A stretch of 39,546 bases of DNA from a virus (lineage: Duplodnaviria > Caudoviricetes). Positions 35,119 to 39,546 of the stretch are shown piece by piece. The notes beneath the pieces were generated by a model. It did not search any database. It worked only from the letters and a program-made list of their open reading frames with translations, and was not told the origin of the DNA. The translations under genes and the position numbers were made by a program. Position 1 is the stretch's first letter. Each line of letters opens with the position of its first letter. The stretch lies in the IMG/VR virus record IMGVR_UViG_3300017766_003281, positions 1 to 39,546 of that record; one strand, written 5' to 3'.

Positions 35119-35542
35119 CGTCCATTGCTCGTGTCCCCATTATCTGGTTGTCCACCGTTGTCTCGGCAATGTCCTGGGGTAGTCCTGGCTTGTCCTAGAG
35201 AACGCCACCCCCCCCCTATTCCCCTCTTATATTCTCCCGAATATATGGGCGTATTCTCCCAGGTTCTTTCCTCCTTTCCTCCTACCATTTCTCTCCCTCT
35301 TCTCTCACATTTTTTTTTTACGACTGATATTATATGAGAGAGGGAAAGGACTGGGGAGAGATATATGAGAGGAATGACTGAGGGAATTATTAGGGCGGAT
35401 TAATGGGGCTTAATTAGGCCGGATAATTAGAGGGGAGAGGGGGGGTAAGCCCGCTGCTAGGACAAGCCAGGACTATACGGGGACACCACCGGGACAATGG
35501 CGGACAATGGCGGACAACCAAACAACGGCGGACAATGGGACC
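35119..35542. other. Mirror-symmetric iteron array, candidate replication origin
   Basis: Perfect 19-bp inverted repeat 35180-35198/35457-35475, phased TGTCC/GGACA boxes, AT-rich centre and a pyrimidine-to-purine strand switch. Confidence 0.7.
35387..35426. repeat. 40-bp double-palindrome element, copy F
   Basis: TTATTAGGGCGGATTAA-TGGGGC-TTAATTAGGCCGGATAA. Confidence 0.9.
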
Positions 35543-35788
35543 ACGGAAAACGGGCCACAATCTGCGAAACGGTGGACAACCCCCGGAACAGTTCGGCCGG
35601 ATATTCCCCATCACTTCGACCGGGGCCGGTTATATTCTTGGCGGGGTGGGGGCACAATATACGGGAGGGATGGGGCTGGGTCAGTCGCCCGACGGTCCAC
35701 CGGGGAGGTGGCGGGCGACACTTTCCACCCCCATCTCCCACCCACCCACACCTTCCACCTTCACCCCCTTACAGAAAGGCCCAGACTC

Positions 35789-36313
35789 ATGCCAGAACCC
35801 ACACCAGAACACGTCCGACTGATCGGCGAACTCTACAAGTGCCTGTCGAGCGCAGGCGGGTACGCCCTCATACCTTCCTTTCAGCCCACACTGCGAGCCG
35901 CAAGCGCATACCTGCGGGAGTGGGAACAGGCGGCGCGAATGCCCAAGTACGAACCGGAAGCGGGGCCGCAACCACAGCCACAGCCACCACAAGCAACTCG
36001 CCGCGTGTGCATCAAGTGCAATGGCACGGGGATTGTGAAGAACCTCCACAACTGGGGAGCAGGTGGCGGCACGCGGGAGCAGGAATGCTGGAGCTGCCGG
36101 GAAGAGCCGGTGCCAGCGGGTGAACAGGCAGCACCCCAGCAGGCAGCGCCCAAGACGCTAACACCGGAAGAAGCGGAGGAACTGCTACAAAAATCCGAGT
36201 TGCTGGATATGTTCTTGCGTATTGGTTGGTACTCAGCCCCACGTAAGAAGTTCGACGCTAACGTCCTGAAACTTATCCGGGCTGTTGAAGCAGCGCTAGG
36301 GGGCAAGCCATGA
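35789..36313 (+). CDS. Hypothetical protein with CxxCxGxG...CxxC zinc finger, 174 aa
   Basis: GAAAGG SD before ATG 35789; CIKCNGTG ... CWSC. Confidence 0.7.
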   Translation: MPEPTPEHVRLIGELYKCLSSAGGYALIPSFQPTLRAASAYLREWEQAARMPKYEPEAGPQPQPQPPQATRRVCIKCNGTGIVKNLHNWGAGGGTREQECWSCREEPVPAGEQAAPQQAAPKTLTPEEAEELLQKSELLDMFLRIGWYSAPRKKFDANVLKLIRAVEAALGGKP

Positions 36314-36687
36314 TCCCCTTCCGCTACTCCGCGCCAGTCGATACGCCGAAGCAGCTCGCCCGGTATCGGGACGAACTCCTCCGCTTCCTCTCCCAAGCCT
36401 TCTCACCCCAGGACATCGAAACGTCCGTTATCACCCTGCCAGCCCGGCACCTCAAGCGCTTCATGGAGGGGTGTCAGGAAGCCGACCGCACACACCGAGA
36501 GCTGGAGGCGGGCTTCCACCCACTGCTCGAAGCCGCCAGGGACGAAACCGCAGGGATGCGGGCACGACTGCTTCTCGCCCTCAACCACCCGCCCGGACCA
36601 GCACGTGACCAAGCCCTCCAAGCCCTTGCCGACCAGCTGACCCAACCCACCACCTCAAGCCCAACCAACCGAAAGGACCCACTGTGA
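36310..36687 (+). CDS. Hypothetical protein, 125 aa
   Basis: ATGA/GTGA coupling on both sides. Confidence 0.7.
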   Translation: MIPFRYSAPVDTPKQLARYRDELLRFLSQAFSPQDIETSVITLPARHLKRFMEGCQEADRTHRELEAGFHPLLEAARDETAGMRARLLLALNHPPGPARDQALQALADQLTQPTTSSPTNRKDPL

Positions 36688-37175
36688 CCAAGCCCGCTCG
36701 CCGTTCCGAATCTTCCGCCAATGTCGCCCTCCTCCAGGAGGTGTGGCTCCTCGCCTTCAGCACTCCGGACAAGCCTCTCAACATCCCCTGCGGCACCAAG
36801 GAGGAGGCGTATAGGATGCGAATGGCACTTTACAACGCCGTCCGCAATGCCAAGAAGTACCCGGAGGACTACCCCGCCCTGTTTGAGGCGGTGGACAACT
36901 GCGAGGTGGTGGTCCGGTCAGACGACGATACCACCATCATCGTCCGGCGTAAGGCCCTCTCCCCCCGCATGATGGCGCTCCGGCAGATCCTGGTGGCCCG
37001 CGGCATCACGCTGCCGGAGGAGCAGGAGCTGGTGGCCGGGGAGAAGAGGGAAGTGCAGGCCTCCGTGGAACGGGTGATGGAGAGGCTGAAGGCCGATGCC
37101 CCTGCCGACTTGCCCTTCCCCCCACCTGTTCAGCCCGCCATCTCCAACCCCTTCTTCTCGCGGGACAAGCAGTAA
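36684..37175 (+). CDS. Hypothetical protein, 163 aa (possibly nucleic-acid binding)
   Basis: AAAGGA SD; basic helix AYRMRMALYNAVRNAKK. Confidence 0.75.
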   Translation: MTKPARRSESSANVALLQEVWLLAFSTPDKPLNIPCGTKEEAYRMRMALYNAVRNAKKYPEDYPALFEAVDNCEVVVRSDDDTTIIVRRKALSPRMMALRQILVARGITLPEEQELVAGEKREVQASVERVMERLKADAPADLPFPPPVQPAISNPFFSRDKQ

Positions 37176-37217
37176 ACCCGCCGGGAAAGGAATTTTCGCA
37201 GAACATGCGGAAAGGGG

Positions 37218-37246
37218 TTGACAGGCTGGACTGAACTGCCGACAAT
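37218..37246 (+). promoter_or_regulatory. sigma70 promoter
   Basis: TTGACA-17 nt-GACAAT. Confidence 0.78.
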
Positions 37247-37317
37247 CAACCCATGCCACCGAATCGCGGTGGCTACCATCCGGGCCTTGCCCACCACCCT
37301 TTCAGATTGGAATCATC

Positions 37318-37989
37318 ATGCGTCACACTACCCGCTTCGCTCTCCTGGCCGCCATCGGTGCAGCCGCTCTCCGTACCGCCGCAGACGGCGAACACGGTCC
37401 TGACACCAGCGGCACGGCTGCTCCTGCCCCAGCCGGCAAGAAGGAACCCGTCATCAACGCTGTGAAGATGAAGGACGGCCGCGTGGTCGATTTCATCGGC
37501 AAGCGCCGCCTGTTGAAGGAATCCTCGGTCACTGCCGACGGCAAGGTGCAGACCCGCCTGGACTTCATCAACGGTGAAACCCGCACCTTCACCATCCCCG
37601 ACAACCTGCTGCAGAAGTTCGCCGCCCACGGTGCCGAGCAGAAGCTGGGCGACGAAATCGCCGGCGTGGAAGACACGGAAGACGCAGTGCTGGCCGTGGA
37701 CGAGCTGATCGACCGCCTGTACAACGGCGAGTGGGGCGTGGCGCGCGACAAGTCCGGTCTGGCAGGCGCTTCGATCCTCCTGCGTGCTCTGGTCGAATCT
37801 TCGGGCAAGACCCCCGACGAAATCAAGGCCTTCCTCAAGGACAAGACCACGGCGCAGAAGGCTGCTCTGCGCAGCAACCCGAAGATCCGCCCCATCGTCG
37901 AACGCCTGGAAGCCGAGAAGGCTGCCAAGTCGCAGAAGAAGGGTGCCGCGGTCGATACCGACGCTCTGCTGAGCGGCCTGGGTCTGTAA
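37318..37989 (+). CDS. Hypothetical protein, 223 aa, paralog of 34126-34707
   Basis: Own promoter and terminator; strong codon bias; motifs shared with the paralog. Confidence 0.88.
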   Translation: MRHTTRFALLAAIGAAALRTAADGEHGPDTSGTAAPAPAGKKEPVINAVKMKDGRVVDFIGKRRLLKESSVTADGKVQTRLDFINGETRTFTIPDNLLQKFAAHGAEQKLGDEIAGVEDTEDAVLAVDELIDRLYNGEWGVARDKSGLAGASILLRALVESSGKTPDEIKAFLKDKTTAQKAALRSNPKIRPIVERLEAEKAAKSQKKGAAVDTDALLSGLGL

Positions 37990-37991
37990 GC

Positions 37992-38084
37992 GGCTTCGGC
38001 CCCCAGACATTGGGGGTGCGTCCTGCAAGCGGTGTGTATGCGCGACACCCGCTTGCCCCCAAGGGTAGGCAACAGTGCCCGGAC
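37992..38084 (+). ncRNA. Candidate structured RNA in the 3' UTR
   Basis: Several adjacent stems, including GCAAGCGG/CCGCTTGC enclosed by GTCC/GGAC; no known family recognised. Confidence 0.35.
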
Positions 38085-38095
38085 TTCTGAAGAGT

Positions 38096-38137
38096 AACCC
38101 CCCAGTTAGGATGGCTCCGCTGGGGGGTTTCTTACTT
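38096..38137 (+). terminator. Rho-independent terminator
   Basis: AACCCCCCAG...CTGGGGGGTT stem followed by TCTTACTT. Confidence 0.7.
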
Positions 38138-38165
38138 CCCACGGTTTACCACTTTCAGTCGGCAC

Positions 38166-38205
38166 CTATCCGGCCGGATTAAACCCTATTAATCTGCCCC
38201 GATAT
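38166..38205. repeat. 40-bp double-palindrome element, copy G
   Basis: CTATCCGGCCGGATTAA-ACCCTA-TTAATCTGCCCCGATAT. Confidence 0.88.
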
Positions 38206-38219
38206 TTCCCATAACTGCG

Positions 38220-38248
38220 TTGACACTCGACTGCGACCGCGGTATGAT
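38220..38248 (+). promoter_or_regulatory. Strong sigma70 promoter
   Basis: TTGACA-17 nt-TATGAT, 14 bp downstream of repeat copy G. Confidence 0.85.
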
Positions 38249-38307
38249 GGTGGGGTGAGCGGGCAATGTCAGCCTGCCACACCCATTCACCTTAGGAGCC
38301 ATCCCCC

Positions 38308-38946
38308 ATGACAAACCCCACACCTGCTGCCACACCGGCTGCCGACTCTCTCGCCTTCCTCGAAGACCTCCTCACCGAATCCGTGCAGATCGTCGCGGAT
38401 CAGAAGGCCGCCAAGGCCCTGCAATCCCGCATCCGGAGCGGCCGGGCCAGCAAGCAGGAACAAGCCCGCGCGGTTGAAGTGGAGCTGAAGGCACAATGGC
38501 GCCCGGTCGCCAACTGCGAGATGTGGGACCAGACCCTCTGTGAGTGTGGCCACCAGCACGCCACCTTCACCCAGTACATGCTCGAATACGCGCCACTGCA
38601 CTCAGGCGTCAGCCTCTCCCACCGCTGGGTCAAGATCGAGCCACAGGCCACTGTGGATGGCCTGCCGACCAAGGCCATCTTCAACACCCGTGACGTGTTC
38701 CACTGCTCCGAATGCAGCGGCCCGCCAGAAGGTGCCGAGGTCATCATCTGGACCAACTCGCAGCCAAGCATGGGCCGGGAATTTGAAGCCGAAGGCGACA
38801 CCGACGCGCACGAAGGGACGTTCGAGCTGGGGGCCGGAGCAGACGCCGGCGCGGAAGAAGGGGCCGACGGGGAAGAAGAGGAGGGTGAAACCAGCCTGTC
38901 CACCCCTCCCAACCTGCCAGTCGAAGACGAGGATGCCCTGCTGTGA
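38308..38946 (+). CDS. Hypothetical Zn-binding protein with acidic tail, 212 aa
   Basis: AGGAG SD; CECG ... CSEC; Glu/Asp-rich C-terminus. Confidence 0.8.
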   Translation: MTNPTPAATPAADSLAFLEDLLTESVQIVADQKAAKALQSRIRSGRASKQEQARAVEVELKAQWRPVANCEMWDQTLCECGHQHATFTQYMLEYAPLHSGVSLSHRWVKIEPQATVDGLPTKAIFNTRDVFHCSECSGPPEGAEVIIWTNSQPSMGREFEAEGDTDAHEGTFELGAGADAGAEEGADGEEEEGETSLSTPPNLPVEDEDALL

Positions 38947-39227
38947 TCCGCCTCTACCCTGCCGAAGCCTCCTACTACCCAGGCCATACCATCTACGGAA
39001 TGGGCGTGCCGGATAGCTTCGGCGACATCCAACTCGTTCCCATCGCCCAGGTCATCTACCATGCCCACTCGAACCAGCACGACGATTCCCGGCTCAAGCT
39101 CCACCAAGACCCTCTGGCCTACCGCAGTCTGCGCATTCGCCCTGCTGCTGACCTGGGGGCTGGCGATGGACCAGGACTTCAAGGAGCAGCACCAGCCGCA
39201 AGCCGCCCCGCAGGAATCCCTGCCTGA
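38943..39227 (+). CDS. Hypothetical protein, 94 aa
   Basis: GTGA coupling and a GAGG SD; overlaps the next ORF by 167 nt. Confidence 0.5.
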   Translation: MIRLYPAEASYYPGHTIYGMGVPDSFGDIQLVPIAQVIYHAHSNQHDDSRLKLHQDPLAYRSLRIRPAADLGAGDGPGLQGAAPAASRPAGIPA

Positions 39228-39399
39228 ATGCCGCAAGGCCCGTCACCACGACCAGTCGAAGGGACCGCCAACCTTCGGCAGCAAGTGCCATGCCCCACCG
39301 CGGCAGGCAGCTCCCCGCCCATTCCCCTTCAACCACCTCGCACTCGAAAGGAATCCCCATGCCAAGAGGCCGACAACCCAAGACCATCCCAACCGTTGA
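39061..39399 (+). CDS. Hypothetical single-TM protein, 112 aa
   Basis: Hydrophobic helix LWPTAVCAFALLLTWGLAM; fills the gap up to the RHH-like gene. Confidence 0.5.
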   Translation: MPTRTSTTIPGSSSTKTLWPTAVCAFALLLTWGLAMDQDFKEQHQPQAAPQESLPECRKARHHDQSKGPPTFGSKCHAPPRQAAPRPFPFNHLALERNPHAKRPTTQDHPNR

Positions 39400-39546
39400 G
39401 CGCAAGATCCAGCTCCCCGAACACCTGGACGCTGAGCTTCAGCTCCTCCTCTACTCCGAAGTCGACGGCCGCGTACCGTACGGCGCGCTGACCAATCTGG
39501 TCGTGCCGCTGCTGGAAGAGTTCATGGAGCGGTATCGCGCGGCTGC
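39359..39546 (+). CDS. 70-aa ribbon-helix-helix-like DNA-binding protein spanning the junction (stop TAG at 146-148)
   Basis: Not in the ORF track. GAAAGGA SD, then ATG 39359: MPRGRQPKTIPTVERKIQLPEHLDAELQLLLYSEVDGRVPYGALTNLVVPLLEEFMERYRAAAAANAAGG. Alternating strand (ERKIQLP) followed by two amphipathic helices fits the RHH pattern. Confidence 0.7.
   Translation, partial: MPRGRQPKTIPTVERKIQLPEHLDAELQLLLYSEVDGRVPYGALTNLVVPLLEEFMERYRAA
39424..39546. repeat. Terminal direct repeat, right copy (circular-assembly overlap)
   Basis: Identical to 1-123; unit genome length is 39,423 bp. Confidence 0.97.

Noticed and set aside
35119-35542. Symmetric region as an N15-type telomere resolution site
   Set aside because: The centre is not a perfect palindrome and no protelomerase or tyrosine-recombinase gene is recognisable.
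36022-36037. Second sigma54-like sequence TGGCACGGGGATTGTG
   Set aside because: It lacks the conserved -12 GC, lies inside a coding CxxCxGxG motif, and a 14-nt match of this kind can arise by chance in 39 kb.
38088-38140. CTGAAGAG resembling a hammerhead ribozyme core
   Set aside because: No GAAA follows the stem and stems I and III cannot be formed; the hairpin is better explained as a terminator.
1716-38205. 40-bp repeats as a CRISPR array, and the Cas4-like nuclease as a cas gene
   Set aside because: The copies are kilobases apart with no spacer structure, and stand-alone Cas4-like nucleases are routine in phage recombination modules.

Overview
This window is best read as one complete, circularly permuted tailed dsDNA phage genome of 39,423 bp; bases 1-123 are repeated exactly at 39424-39546. 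The architecture is podovirus-like and GC-rich, and a proteobacterial host is inferred. There are two arms. The + strand early/replication arm (33690 through the junction to 12034) carries small early genes, an RHH-like protein, a Dda/RecD-like helicase, a Cas4-like PD-(D/E)XK nuclease, a MazG-like pyrophosphatase, an AAA_24 ATPase, an SSB-like protein, a ParB-like/DNA methyltransferase fusion, a family A DNA polymerase with an N-terminal UDG-like domain and a DUF3987-type helicase. The - strand late arm (33152 to 12068) carries TerS, TerL, portal, scaffold, capsid, adaptor/nozzle, GNAT, ejection proteins, a PAPS-reductase-family gene, short tail-fibre modules and lysis genes. I could not recognise an integrase, HTH repressor, primase, RNA polymerase, tRNA or CRISPR array. 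The most striking signals are non-coding: (1) seven dispersed copies of a 40-bp double palindrome, TTATCCGGCCGGATTAA-N6-TTAATCCGGCCGAATAA, one of them written into the polymerase ORF; (2) an exactly mirror-symmetric array of helically phased GGACA boxes centred on 35327/8, which looks like an origin or centromere; (3) a consensus sigma54 promoter with GACA-N4-TGTC upstream boxes in front of the first early gene; (4) an H-type pseudoknot in the leader of the SSB-like gene. Notable coding features are an endolysin fused in frame to a holin-like domain that has its own internal RBS, a split ejection/pilot gene with peptide repeats, and short terminal motifs shared between unrelated proteins. All functional calls come from reading motifs by eye; no database search was run.
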